The position numbers were made by a program, and so were the translations under genes. 63,095 bases of DNA from the NCBI GenBank assembly GCA_964554105.1, contig CAZKNF010000013.1, positions 1 to 63,095 of the forward strand, given 5' to 3'. Each line of letters begins with the position of its first letter. The stretch's first letter is position 1. The notes beneath the pieces are model-generated. The model saw nothing but the letters and a program-made list of their open reading frames with translations, was not told where the DNA came from and ran no database searches. This document shows positions 41,608 to 51,703 of the stretch, piece after piece. The stretch is from an uncultured Rhodothermales bacterium (GTDB lineage: Bacteria; Bacteroidota; Rhodothermia; Rhodothermales; VXPQ01).

Positions 41608-42864
41608 CTAACGAAAATGGATGGCACGAATCGGCTCGACGCGGGCGGCTACCCTCGCGGGAATGTACGCGGCAAGTGTACACAGCAGCATCGCGACGCC
41701 TCCTACGATTACGAAGTCCATCGAATTGAGTTCGATCGGTGCCGTCGTCATGTAGTACGCTTCTTCCGGCAGCGGGATGATTTCATACCGCTTCTGGAGG
41801 ATTGCGAATATGAGCGCGAACAGCTCGCCAATTATCGTACCAACACCACCCACCAGAATGCCGAGCCATAGAAAGAGCTTCCGCAATGAGCGCCGCGATG
41901 CACCCATGCTCTCGAGTATCCCGATCTCCCGCGTCTTCTCGAGAATGAGCATTAGGAGCGTACCGACGATATTGAAGGCGGCAACGAGTACGATCACGCT
42001 AATTACGATCGGAATAATTCCCTCCTGCAGATTGACCCAGGCGAAAAGTCCGCTGTATACCTCGTAGATGCTGCGCGCCATAATTGGAAAACCAAGATCG
42101 TCCTCAACAACTCTAGCAACGTCCTGTGCCCTATCGACGTCGAATAGCGTTAGATCGAATCGCGTCACTTCGTTCGGACCATATCCCAGGAGATTCCTAG
42201 CCGCTTCCGTTGAAGTGAACGCATACAATTCATCGAAATCCGATAGCGACGTTTCATAGATGCCGACAACGTCAAACTGCTTTACTCTCGGAGCGGTTAG
42301 ACCTCCCGCCAGGGCCGCCCCTTCGCCGCCATTGGTTCGCATCGAAAACGATGTGACGCGATCTCCAACACGCGTACCGAGTGTATTTGCGAGACTACTT
42401 CCGAGTACGACACCGGGCCGCTCTGCGCCCTCAGTCGACAAGTCGGGTGTGCCGTCGATGATACTCTCTCGGATGTAATTCGGCAGCTCCTCGATACCCC
42501 AGATGGCGACACCATCGATTTCAGTTCGTGACCGGCGCAGCAGCGCAAACTCCTGAATCGTAGATGCCACGAATTCGACTTCCGGCATGGCCGCTAGGCG
42601 GCTTTTCAAGGTGTCGGCGCCGCCGATCGGTTCATCCTGAAATGATTCGACCTGAACGTGTGCGCCGAAGCCGACAATCTTTGCTTCAATCTCATTGCTG
42701 AACCCCCGTACAATTGACAAAGCCAGCAGGAGTGCGGCGACTCCGACGGCGACGCCGCCGATGGCGACGTAGGTAATGAACCGGACAAACCGCCGTCCTT
42801 CATCTCGTCCCTGGGCGGAACGAAGATACCGGAGGGCCATGAACCGTTCGAAGCGTGACGACAC
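41608..42864 (-). CDS. LolC/LolE-type lipoprotein-releasing ABC permease
   Basis: RYLR..GVAVGVAAL..GF, VAAFNI..L..EKTREIGIL.SMGA, PARVAA..P..AI. Confidence 0.9.
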   Translation of the reverse strand: MSSRFERFMALRYLRSAQGRDEGRRFVRFITYVAIGGVAVGVAALLLALSIVRGFSNEIEAKIVGFGAHVQVESFQDEPIGGADTLKSRLAAMPEVEFVASTIQEFALLRRSRTEIDGVAIWGIEELPNYIRESIIDGTPDLSTEGAERPGVVLGSSLANTLGTRVGDRVTSFSMRTNGGEGAALAGGLTAPRVKQFDVVGIYETSLSDFDELYAFTSTEAARNLLGYGPNEVTRFDLTLFDVDRAQDVARVVEDDLGFPIMARSIYEVYSGLFAWVNLQEGIIPIVISVIVLVAAFNIVGTLLMLILEKTREIGILESMGASRRSLRKLFLWLGILVGGVGTIIGELFALIFAILQKRYEIIPLPEEAYYMTTAPIELNSMDFVIVGGVAMLLCTLAAYIPARVAARVEPIRAIHFR

Positions 42865-43087
42865 CGCGACTAGTACCAGTTGAAATCGGAGCTATTCTAT
42901 GGGCGGTTCAAATTGCGACCATGTTGCAGAGATACCTTCGAGGGCCGTTCTGGCCGTAGAAAACCTCCGAACATCCTTCAGAGTATCCCTCCATCGCGAG
43001 TCAGTACGCAAGAAGCTAGCTCGGGTTGAATACAACATCTATAAGACGTAGTCCAACAGGAAAAGTCGAATAGAACTCGATAGAGTT

Positions 43088-44752
43088 ATGACGAACAGCA
43101 TCCCGCAACTGCCGGAGCTCGCTAACGAGGAGGTGCGCAGCTATGCTCCCGGTTCGAGCGAACGCCGTACGATTCAGGAACGATTGGCCGAATTGAAGGC
43201 CGAACATCTGGAAATCCCGGCAATAATCGGCGGTAAAGATATACGCACAGGAGAGACGACGCCGATAAATGCGCCCCACGATCATTCACAGACGCTCGCG
43301 ACGGCACATCTCTGCGGCGAGAAGGAGGTGGCGCAGGCCATCGACGCTGCGCTGTCCGCTCGGCATGAATGGGCAAGGATGAACTGGGAGGACCGTGCTG
43401 CAATCTTTCTGAAGGCAGCCGATTTGCTTGCGGGACCCTGGCGTGACACCCTGAATGGCGCCTCGATGCTGGGCCAAAGTAAGAATGTATTTCAGGCGGA
43501 AATCGATGCAGCGTGCGAGATGATCGATTTCTGGCGCTTCAATGTCCACTACATGCGGAGGATCTATGAAGAGCAGCCGCGGTCCTCGAAAGGGGTGTGG
43601 AATCGCGTGCAGTACCGCCCGCTCGAAGGAGTCGTTTTTGCCGTTACGCCCTTCAACTTCACGTCCATTCAGGGTAACCTCCCGACGGCACCGGCGCTGA
43701 TGGGGAATACCGTGATATGGAAACCGTCCACTACCTCGGTCTATTCTGCCTACTTTACCCAGCGACTTCTCGAAGCAGCCGGCCTCCCTCCCGGTGTTAT
43801 CAATATGCTTCCTGGCCATGGCCCCGACGTAGGCGATCCAATGTTCAGATCGAAGCACCTCGCCGGACTGCACTTCACGGGGTCCACGAACACGTTTCGC
43901 CACATGTGGAAGACGATTGGAGATAATGTCGCAAACTATCGAAGCTATCCACGTGTCGTCGGCGAAACAGGCGGCAAGGGCTTCATTATCGCACACCCTT
44001 CGGCAGATTCAACCGCCGTGGCGACTGCCATCATCCGTGGCGGATTCGAGTACCAGGGCCAAAAATGTTCGGCAGCATCACGCGCCTATGCGCCACGTTC
44101 GCTCTGGAATGAGATTCGCGATGAACTGCTCGCGCAGGCCCAAGAATTAACGATGGGGCCGGTTGAGGACTTTTCGAACTTCATGAATGCCGTCATCGAC
44201 CGCAAATCCTACGACAAAATCACGGGCTATATTAGTCGGTCCGTTGAAGACGACGACGTCGACATTCTGCATGGAGGAGGCTATTCCGATGAGACGGGCT
44301 ATTTCATCGAACCGACCATTCTCGTTGTGAATGATCCGCGCCACGTCACGCTTTGTGAAGAGATCTTCGGGCCGGTGGTATCAGTGTACGTGTACGATGA
44401 CGCACGCTACGATGAAATGCTCGATAACCTCGATACTGCATCGCCGTATGCGCTTACAGGCGCCGTTTTTGCGCGCGACCGCAAAATTATTGCGAAAACT
44501 TCGGATCGTTTGATGGACAACGCGGGCAATTTCTACATCAATGATAAGCCCACGGGTGCGGTGGTCGGCCAGCAGCCGTTCGGCGGCGCCCGTGGTTCCG
44601 GCACGAACGACAAAGCCGGTTCATACCTTAACCTCGTGCGGTGGGTGTCGGCGCGTGCGATCAAGGAAACCATGGACCCCGATCGTCATTTTACGTACCC
44701 TTTCCTGCAGCCGGATACGGAAGACATCACAGCAATTGAGGAAGTGTTTTAA
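43088..44752 (+). CDS. pruA: L-glutamate gamma-semialdehyde (P5C) dehydrogenase
   Basis: QAEIDAACE, PFNFT, FTGS, GETGGK, FEYQGQKCSA, EEIFGP, GNFYINDKPTGAVVGQQPFGG. Confidence 0.96.
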   Translation: MTNSIPQLPELANEEVRSYAPGSSERRTIQERLAELKAEHLEIPAIIGGKDIRTGETTPINAPHDHSQTLATAHLCGEKEVAQAIDAALSARHEWARMNWEDRAAIFLKAADLLAGPWRDTLNGASMLGQSKNVFQAEIDAACEMIDFWRFNVHYMRRIYEEQPRSSKGVWNRVQYRPLEGVVFAVTPFNFTSIQGNLPTAPALMGNTVIWKPSTTSVYSAYFTQRLLEAAGLPPGVINMLPGHGPDVGDPMFRSKHLAGLHFTGSTNTFRHMWKTIGDNVANYRSYPRVVGETGGKGFIIAHPSADSTAVATAIIRGGFEYQGQKCSAASRAYAPRSLWNEIRDELLAQAQELTMGPVEDFSNFMNAVIDRKSYDKITGYISRSVEDDDVDILHGGGYSDETGYFIEPTILVVNDPRHVTLCEEIFGPVVSVYVYDDARYDEMLDNLDTASPYALTGAVFARDRKIIAKTSDRLMDNAGNFYINDKPTGAVVGQQPFGGARGSGTNDKAGSYLNLVRWVSARAIKETMDPDRHFTYPFLQPDTEDITAIEEVF

Positions 44753-44755
44753 TCG

Positions 44756-45802
44756 ATGACCAGACCAATTCGAGTTGTACAGTTCGGCATCGGGCCCATC
44801 GGGCAAGAATGCATCCGCACCGTTCTGGCGAAAGAGACAACCGGCCTGGTGAAGCTGGTCGGAGTGGTCGATAAGGATCCGGAGAAGGTGGACAAGGATG
44901 TCGCGGTCATCCTTGGCAATCGCGAGAAAACAGGGATTATCGTTAATCGTGATGCGGACGCGGTTCTCCGGGACGCGCGGGCGGATGTGGTTTTGCATAC
45001 CACTTCCTCGTTTCTCGAGGGCGTACAACAGCAGCTTCTGCAGTGCATCCGTCATCGGGTACACGTTATCTCGTCTACCGAGGAGTTGTCGTATCCCTAC
45101 GACCGCCATCCGGATCTAAGCGTAGAGCTTGACGGATTGGCCCGAGAGAACGGTGTAGCCATCGTAGGTACGGGCGTCAATCCAGGCTATGCCATGGATA
45201 CGCTGGCATTGATGGCCACAGGCGTGTGCAGCGACGTTACCGAAGTTCATGTCGAGCGCATCGTCGATGCAGGACGACGCCGCTTGCCGTTGCAGATGAA
45301 AGTCGGCGCCGGCATGACAACGACCGAATTTGCCGAACAGAAGAAGACCGGAAAGTTCGGCCACATCGGCCTTCGCGAATCGCTCCTGTTCGTAGCCGCG
45401 GGGCTTGGTTGGACGCTAGAGCACGTTGAAGAAACGCTCGAGTCTGTCGTATCGGATCGTGATGTGGTTACCCCGCATCTTACGGTCGAGTCAGGGCGCG
45501 TCGCCGGCATTCATCATGCCATCAAGGGGTATGTGGATGGAGTCGCTATCTTAACGCTGGATTTGAAAATGTTCGTTGGCGCGCGAGAGTCACATGATTC
45601 AGTCAGCGTCGTTGGATCGCCTCCGATCGATCTGATCGTTCGCGACGGGATTTTCGGGGACACGGCTACAGTCGCGGCACTGGTGAATGCGATTCCACTC
45701 GTCATGGAGGCCGAGCCGGGCCTTCGTACGATGATGGATCTTCCGATTCCGCGGGCATTTGCGAGTTCGCCCACGTTGCGGAGCGAAGCTCGGGCGGCCT
45801 GA
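44756..45802 (+). CDS. NAD(P)-dependent amine dehydrogenase / 2,4-diaminopentanoate dehydrogenase-like oxidoreductase
   Basis: GIGPIG Rossmann motif, VISSTEEL, GTGVNPG, RR.PLQ.KVGAG, GH.GL.ES, GD.AT...VN.IP. Confidence 0.75.
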   Translation: MTRPIRVVQFGIGPIGQECIRTVLAKETTGLVKLVGVVDKDPEKVDKDVAVILGNREKTGIIVNRDADAVLRDARADVVLHTTSSFLEGVQQQLLQCIRHRVHVISSTEELSYPYDRHPDLSVELDGLARENGVAIVGTGVNPGYAMDTLALMATGVCSDVTEVHVERIVDAGRRRLPLQMKVGAGMTTTEFAEQKKTGKFGHIGLRESLLFVAAGLGWTLEHVEETLESVVSDRDVVTPHLTVESGRVAGIHHAIKGYVDGVAILTLDLKMFVGARESHDSVSVVGSPPIDLIVRDGIFGDTATVAALVNAIPLVMEAEPGLRTMMDLPIPRAFASSPTLRSEARAA

Positions 45803-45811
45803 GGGGCTGCA

Positions 45812-46303
45812 GTGATCTCCAACCACGTCGTGCACGATGCGTCATCCACGTCAAAGTCCCACCATTTCGTAAGTACGGCCCACCCCGGGAATCTTTCCTG
45901 GCAGGTCGTGTACGGTCGCGCTCTGGTACGCCCACTTGCAGCGTGTATGCTGCCGGTGATGATGCTCACGCTGGTGGCTGTGTTGGAGGAAGCCAGGATC
46001 ATTCCCGAGGCACTCTGGGCTGCCGGAGGCGCACTCTTCATCGCCTCGTCGTGGACCACGTTCCGCATCCAGACTGAAGTCGCGGAGATAAGCGTCGGAC
46101 TAGACTTTGTCGCCGTAAGGACTGTTTGGGAAATCCTGAACAACATCGAACCTCCGCTGCAGCAGATTTTGGATGTTCGAGATTATGGTAACTGGATGCA
46201 CGTGACGATCGGTCTGACCACCTACGAACTGGACCGGCGGCGATGGCCCCGATATAAAGAGCTCGGAATGGCGCTCAAGAGATGTGCTGGCCAGGCTGGT
46301 TGA
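45812..46303 (+). CDS. Hypothetical membrane protein (two TM helices plus soluble domain)
   Basis: Follows the previous gene after 9 nt; two hydrophobic segments. Confidence 0.55.
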   Translation: MISNHVVHDASSTSKSHHFVSTAHPGNLSWQVVYGRALVRPLAACMLPVMMLTLVAVLEEARIIPEALWAAGGALFIASSWTTFRIQTEVAEISVGLDFVAVRTVWEILNNIEPPLQQILDVRDYGNWMHVTIGLTTYELDRRRWPRYKELGMALKRCAGQAG

Positions 46304-47621
46304 TGAGAATTATCTGCACATCCATGACATTCGTATGCGTGTGGCCGGTCTTCAGCAGACCGTCAACCTGGAGAAAGAAACTGTAGCTGTCGTTGTTGGC
46401 GAGATAGTCCCGGGCATCGAATCCACGTCGCTTACCGGCTGCAACCGTATCAGGTCCTGCCCACGCGCCTGCGGCATCGGTTACGCCGTCGATCCCGTCG
46501 GTGCCGCCACTGAGAAAGACGATTTCGCGGTGCTCACCGTGCATTCCGAGGGACGCAGAAAGTGCCATCTCCTGATTGCGACCCCCTTTACCGTCACCGC
46601 GAACCTTTACAGTAGTTTCTCCACCTGTGATCAGACAGAGAGGATGCGCGGTCTTTCGTTCGAGCGCGGTTTCGATCAGATATCGGCCGACCTCCCGCGC
46701 CTCTCCGGTCATTTCTTTGGAAAGGATGTCGACCTCATAACCTCGTTTCCGTGCTTCCGATGCCGCTGCCTGCAATGCATCGTCATTCGTCGCCAGGAGA
46801 AGATTCGTCACGCGCTCGAAGACTAGTGAGTCAGGGTCCGGCGTCTCGGATACGAGTGTGGAAAGGCCATCCTCGATTACCTGGCGCACCGAGGAGGGAA
46901 TTCGATCCCAGAGCTCTCTTTCTTCAAGAACCTGCTTCGCATCGCCAAACGACGACGGATCTGGTACTGTTGGACCGCTCGCGATTACACTCAGATCGTC
47001 CCCCACGACATCGGAAACGATTAGCGCTAGCACCTCGGCCGGTTCGGCGGCAGCGGCTAATCGGCCACCTCCAACACTCGTTAGATGTTTACGAACCGTG
47101 TTTACAGCGTAGATGTCCGCCCCTGATTCCAAAAGCAGCCGATACGTCTCCTGCGCTTCGTCTAACGTTATCTCACCAGCGAAATCAGCACACAGAGAGG
47201 AACCACCACCTGAGACGAGCACAATTAGGAGTTCGTCCGTCTGCGCGCGCTCGGCCATGTCAAGAATGCGTTCGGCTGCGCGGCGGCTGCCTTCATTCGG
47301 CAGAGGGTGGCCGGCCTCAATGGCTTGGATGCGCGACGGGGAACGAAGATGGCCGGGCAGAGACGCAGGATAGCCTTCAGGTACGGCTATCACACCACTG
47401 TCGATTCTCCGCTCAAGCGTGGATTCGAGGACGGCTGCTGTCGCGAGCGCCGCCTTGCCCATCCCCACGACGTGAACTCGTCCGTACGCATTGAAAGGGT
47501 TGGATGCGACGCGGTCCCACTCCACATCCTGGAGCAGGAACTCAGCCTGAACTGCACGAATGGAAGCGTCAAAAATTGCTCGGGCGTCGACAACCTGGCG
47601 GTTCGTGTGTGGAGGCTTCAT
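46275..47621 (-). CDS. Glycerate kinase type 2 (TtuD/MOFRL family)
   Basis: GMGKAA, AGHPLP, SGGGSSL, NTVRKH, SDVVGD..IASGP, GGETTV, GGRNQE, TDGIDG, TNVMD. Confidence 0.93.
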   Translation of the reverse strand: MKPPHTNRQVVDARAIFDASIRAVQAEFLLQDVEWDRVASNPFNAYGRVHVVGMGKAALATAAVLESTLERRIDSGVIAVPEGYPASLPGHLRSPSRIQAIEAGHPLPNEGSRRAAERILDMAERAQTDELLIVLVSGGGSSLCADFAGEITLDEAQETYRLLLESGADIYAVNTVRKHLTSVGGGRLAAAAEPAEVLALIVSDVVGDDLSVIASGPTVPDPSSFGDAKQVLEERELWDRIPSSVRQVIEDGLSTLVSETPDPDSLVFERVTNLLLATNDDALQAAASEARKRGYEVDILSKEMTGEAREVGRYLIETALERKTAHPLCLITGGETTVKVRGDGKGGRNQEMALSASLGMHGEHREIVFLSGGTDGIDGVTDAAGAWAGPDTVAAGKRRGFDARDYLANNDSYSFFLQVDGLLKTGHTHTNVMDVQIILINQPGQHIS

Positions 47622-47712
47622 TACTATAAACGTTGCAAACGAAGGGCGAGCAGGCAGAAGAGCATGTCGAATCTATGGTCCGCAGCCCACCCCATGCAAG
47701 GCAGAATGAGCT

Positions 47713-48357
47713 ATGAATGAAAAGAAGATCGGAAGACTACACGTTCTCACGGATTTTCACTTCCAGCAGCGATTCTCACATGCAGGGCTGGCACTTCGCG
47801 CAATCAACGGCGGCGCCGACACGATTCAGTTCAGGGAAAAGCGAGTAGGTGTCCGACACGTCCTTCTTCAGGCCGATGAGATCGCTGACGTCTGCCGTCG
47901 GAGAGCGACCCCATTTCTCGTGAATGACCGAATCGACATCGCATTAGCGGCAGGCGCGGATGGCGTCCACCTCGGACAATCGGATTTCCCCCTCCACCGT
48001 GCACGCGCCGTGCTTCCATCGCAGGCTGTAATCGGTGCCACCGCAACGACCGTGGAGCAGGCGATCGCCGCTTCCAAAGAGGGAGCCGACTACCTTGGTT
48101 TCGGTCCAGTATTCCACACAGGCTCCAAGGCGAACCCGGCGTCCGTGAAAGGAATTGCATCGCTTCGGACGGTATGTGAAGTTGTCGACATCCCCGTCAT
48201 TGCGATTGCAGGCATTACCGTACAACGCATCCCAGCGGTACTAGAAGTGGGAGCGCACGGCGTCGCCGTAATGACGGCCGTCACGACGGCCAAGGATCCC
48301 GAAGCGGCGACCGCTCTTCTTCGTGCAGCCATCGACGATGTATTAGACGCACGATGA
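47713..48357 (+). CDS. thiE: Thiamine-phosphate synthase
   Basis: QFREK, VNDRID, DGVHLGQSD, ADYLGFGPVF.T.SK. Confidence 0.92.
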   Translation: MNEKKIGRLHVLTDFHFQQRFSHAGLALRAINGGADTIQFREKRVGVRHVLLQADEIADVCRRRATPFLVNDRIDIALAAGADGVHLGQSDFPLHRARAVLPSQAVIGATATTVEQAIAASKEGADYLGFGPVFHTGSKANPASVKGIASLRTVCEVVDIPVIAIAGITVQRIPAVLEVGAHGVAVMTAVTTAKDPEAATALLRAAIDDVLDAR

Positions 48358-48363
48358 TCAAAC

Positions 48364-49110
48364 TCAGCCCCTCCCGGAGAGGCGTGCATCTGAGCCCGTA
48401 ATGGCCCGCGAAAGTGAGTCAGGCGTGGGTTTGTCGGCAACGGCATCAACGTTCATTCCGGATGCTCGGGCCGCCTCTGCCGTCGTGCTCCCGATCGTCG
48501 CGACACGGACGCTCGTCAGATCACAGCCTGCATCTGACCGCACAGCTTCTACTCCGGACGGACTGAAAAAAACGATCCAATCAGGCAACGGACGCGACGC
48601 GAGGTCGAGATCCGTTCTGATATGCGACTCGTAGACACACACCTCTTCGAACGCGACGTCGTACGCTCGAAGGCGCGAAGGCAGCTCATCTCGACGGCGG
48701 TTGCCGCAGAGATACAGGAGCGGCTTACCGAAATCATGATCGACGATGAGCTCCGCGAGGCGAGCCGCCGTTCCGGCCTCCTCACCGATTGGCGTAAATC
48801 CAATTTCTCGAAGCGCCGATGATGTTGAAGGCCCAACGGCGAAAATCGCCTTGGTGTGCCATAGAACTGTTTCAGTTGGTAGCCAGGACATAGCCGATGT
48901 CAGCGCCTCCACCGAACGGGGGCTTGGAAAAACAATTCCGTCGTAATGACGCGGGTGTTCGAGCGCTCTACGGAGTTCTCGCTGGTTCACAAATTCGAAC
49001 CGGAGGACGGGGATGAATACCGACGTGAAACCGACTTTTCGCAGCGCCGCCTCGTAAGGATCCAGCTGCTGGCCGGAGCGAAAAAGTACCACGGTGCGAT
49101 CCGCGCTCAT
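48364..49110 (-). CDS. hemD: Uroporphyrinogen-III synthase
   Basis: FPSPRSV, AVGPST, VYE, FFSPS.V, IGSTTA; downstream of hemC. Confidence 0.9.
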   Translation of the reverse strand: MSADRTVVLFRSGQQLDPYEAALRKVGFTSVFIPVLRFEFVNQRELRRALEHPRHYDGIVFPSPRSVEALTSAMSWLPTETVLWHTKAIFAVGPSTSSALREIGFTPIGEEAGTAARLAELIVDHDFGKPLLYLCGNRRRDELPSRLRAYDVAFEEVCVYESHIRTDLDLASRPLPDWIVFFSPSGVEAVRSDAGCDLTSVRVATIGSTTAEAARASGMNVDAVADKPTPDSLSRAITGSDARLSGRG

Positions 49111-49112
49111 AC

Positions 49113-50045
49113 CTACCCCTTTCGAAGCTCCTCCAGAATTGCATCTCCTCCATCAGACAGTAGACGCTCGGCCAGCATGACGCCCAATCGTTCCGCATCT
49201 TCCGGGCGGCCGGAGACCTGATGCCGGCAGTTTCGCAAACCGTCGACGGACGTAACAGAACCCTCGATGATGAGCACACCATCACGTATGCGTCCGTGTG
49301 CACCTACAGGTACCGAACACCCACCTTCCAACGTCCTCAACATGGCCCGCTCCGCCGCGGTGGCATACCCGGACGCCGAATCGTGAATGACGTCTTGAAG
49401 CGTCGCATACACCTCTACGTCCGAGGCCGCACAGACAATGCCTAGAGCTCCCTGCCCGACGGCAGGAAGCATGATAGCGGTATCGACCGTTTCGGTAATG
49501 CGGTTCCCCATCCCAAGGCGTCGCAGTCCCGCCGCGGCGAGAACCAGGCCGTGCCAGTCCCCTTGGTCCAATTTGTTTACACGGGTATCGACGTTTCCAC
49601 GCACCGAGACGATCTCGAGATCTTGTCGCCACGCCTTGAGCTGAGCTCGGCGTCTCAGCGACGACGTTGCGATGATGGCACCTGCGGGCAGGTCGGCCAG
49701 CGATTCGGTTACGGCGCGATGAGCGACGAACGCGTCGTGCGGATCCGCGCGCTGTGCAACGGCAGCAAGGCGAATACCGTCCACCAATCGCGTCGGAAGA
49801 TCTTTCAGCGAGTGAACCGCGAGGTGGATTCGACCATCTAGAAGGGCGAGATCGAGCTCCTTTGTGAATAGATCCTTGTCGTTGATCTGCGAGAGCGGAA
49901 CATCGACGATGCGATCGCCCGCTGTCGAAATTTCCTGCAAATCGACGATGTAGCCGATCCGCTCGAGCCGGCGTTTGATATGTCTTGCCTGCCAAAGTGC
50001 GAGAGCGCTTCCTCGCGTGCCCAGCACGAGCACCCCCCTGGCCAT
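49113..50045 (-). CDS. hemC: Hydroxymethylbilane synthase
   Basis: GTRGSALALWQ, FTKE, AVHSLKDLP, TSSLRR, RGNVDTR, LEGGCSVP. Confidence 0.98.
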   Translation of the reverse strand: MARGVLVLGTRGSALALWQARHIKRRLERIGYIVDLQEISTAGDRIVDVPLSQINDKDLFTKELDLALLDGRIHLAVHSLKDLPTRLVDGIRLAAVAQRADPHDAFVAHRAVTESLADLPAGAIIATSSLRRRAQLKAWRQDLEIVSVRGNVDTRVNKLDQGDWHGLVLAAAGLRRLGMGNRITETVDTAIMLPAVGQGALGIVCAASDVEVYATLQDVIHDSASGYATAAERAMLRTLEGGCSVPVGAHGRIRDGVLIIEGSVTSVDGLRNCRHQVSGRPEDAERLGVMLAERLLSDGGDAILEELRKG

Positions 50046-51517
50046 CAGGATCTCCCGTGTTCGTCTCCAGACGTCGTTGCAGCCTCGCCGTCTGCTTCGT
50101 TCCTCGAAAAGAGGCGCAGTACGTCATCAAGCTCGAGATCCGATATGCGTTCGACGAATCGCTCACGCGGAATCTGCTGATCGATCGGACAATCTTCCCG
50201 TCTGAGATCGCCGGCAATGTTGCCGTCCTGCTGGATCGCAGATGCTGCATCGTGCGGATTGTTTTCTTCACATTCACCTCTGCGGAAGAGTGCGTGAAGG
50301 AGGCGAATTCCCCGCACGAAGTCGATGCTCTCCGGCTCTACGCCCTTGAGCCGAACGACGGGCACCGCAAGAATTTTCTGAATGATCGATTGTGTAAGTC
50401 GATCGAGTTCGTCACGATCGAAATCCGAGAGGCGCTGATGATGCCGTTCCACCTCATTTGCGCGAATCGTCTCGAACGTATCGGCTATCGTCTGGATCAC
50501 CGGCTGAAGTGCCTGGTGGTGAAAGACCCACGATACGAATTCCCCGAGCATCTCAAGCACGATGCGCTGCGCCTGGGGCACCGCGGTACGACGAATGGAT
50601 TCTGTTTCAGAAAGCCAGACGTTGAGTTCATCAAGACCGATCACTGTATAGCCGATGTCCGCAATCTTCGGATCGACGTTTCGAGGTATGGATATATCGA
50701 CAAACGTCGTTCGATGTGCCTCGGCTTCGGGGAGATCGGCCGCCACTAAAACCGGAGCTTCTGCGGATGTGGCCACGATTACGACGTCGTGCTGTATGGC
50801 CGACGCATGGCGTTCGGACCACATGACGAACTCTGCGTCCGCCCGAGCTGCTACCTCCCGCCCGCGTTCTTCAGATCGATTGGTAAGTGCGAGTCTCGAA
50901 CTGCCGGACTGCCTCAAGGCTTCCAGGGACAGCCGTGCCATCTTACCGCATCCAACGACGAGCGCACGCATGTCCCGAACCGGACGATCGTCAGCGGATT
51001 CCATGGATCGCCGTGCAGCATCCACCGCTACGTACGGCACCGACGCGGCTCCGGTACTGAGATCCGTCTCATTCACGATGCGCTTCGCCAGACGGAACGC
51101 CGTGTGCATCAATCGATGCATGGTCGTACCGACCCGCTCCTCCTCTACGGCGATACGATACGCTTCCTTAAGCTGAGAGAAGATCTGCCCATCGCCGAGA
51201 ATCAGCGACTTGAGGCCTGCTGCCACTTCTAATATGTGACGAACTGCATCCTCATCCTGAACGCTGAATGCCATATCGTCGGGCCAGCGACGCTCGGCCA
51301 CAGAGCACAAAGCACGCGTCACCGTCTCGACATCGGCGGAAGAGCCGTAGAGATAAGCCTCCGTTCGGTTGCAAGTCGAAAGCAGGATAAGCTCACTGCC
51401 GGGTGTTAGCTCGGTACTCCGATGAAGTGCACGAGTGCCCTCCTCACCAAGTGCAAACGCCTCTCGTACCTCCACAGGCGCCTGAAGGTGGTTGACACCG
51501 AACGCGTAGAACTTCAT
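50045..51517 (-). CDS. hemA: Glutamyl-tRNA reductase
   Basis: H..APVEVRE, STCNRTE, GLKSLILGDGQI, G.GKM, DISIPRNVDP. Confidence 0.96.
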   Translation of the reverse strand: MKFYAFGVNHLQAPVEVREAFALGEEGTRALHRSTELTPGSELILLSTCNRTEAYLYGSSADVETVTRALCSVAERRWPDDMAFSVQDEDAVRHILEVAAGLKSLILGDGQIFSQLKEAYRIAVEEERVGTTMHRLMHTAFRLAKRIVNETDLSTGAASVPYVAVDAARRSMESADDRPVRDMRALVVGCGKMARLSLEALRQSGSSRLALTNRSEERGREVAARADAEFVMWSERHASAIQHDVVIVATSAEAPVLVAADLPEAEAHRTTFVDISIPRNVDPKIADIGYTVIGLDELNVWLSETESIRRTAVPQAQRIVLEMLGEFVSWVFHHQALQPVIQTIADTFETIRANEVERHHQRLSDFDRDELDRLTQSIIQKILAVPVVRLKGVEPESIDFVRGIRLLHALFRRGECEENNPHDAASAIQQDGNIAGDLRREDCPIDQQIPRERFVERISDLELDDVLRLFSRNEADGEAATTSGDEHGRS

Positions 51518-51703
51518 GGGGAAGGGGAATTAGGCGGGAAAACTGCACGTTGCTAACCGAACCCGGCTTACGTAGGTTTTCAGCCCGGTAGTGAATTATG
51601 AATGAACGGAATGGTACACTTCCGAGTTGCTTCCAAATCTATTTACAACTGATCACTTACGCAAAGGCGAATTGATCGAACACCCCCGCGTTTAGATCGC
51701 TCT

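Noticed and set aside
47622-47712. TPP riboswitch upstream of thiE
   Set aside because: The gap is only 91 bp, is shared with a divergent gene, and lacks the CTGAGA core.
49282-50749. 331-aa and 254-aa ORFs overlapping hemC/hemA
   Set aside because: Alternative-frame or antisense to well-supported genes; biased composition and no motifs.
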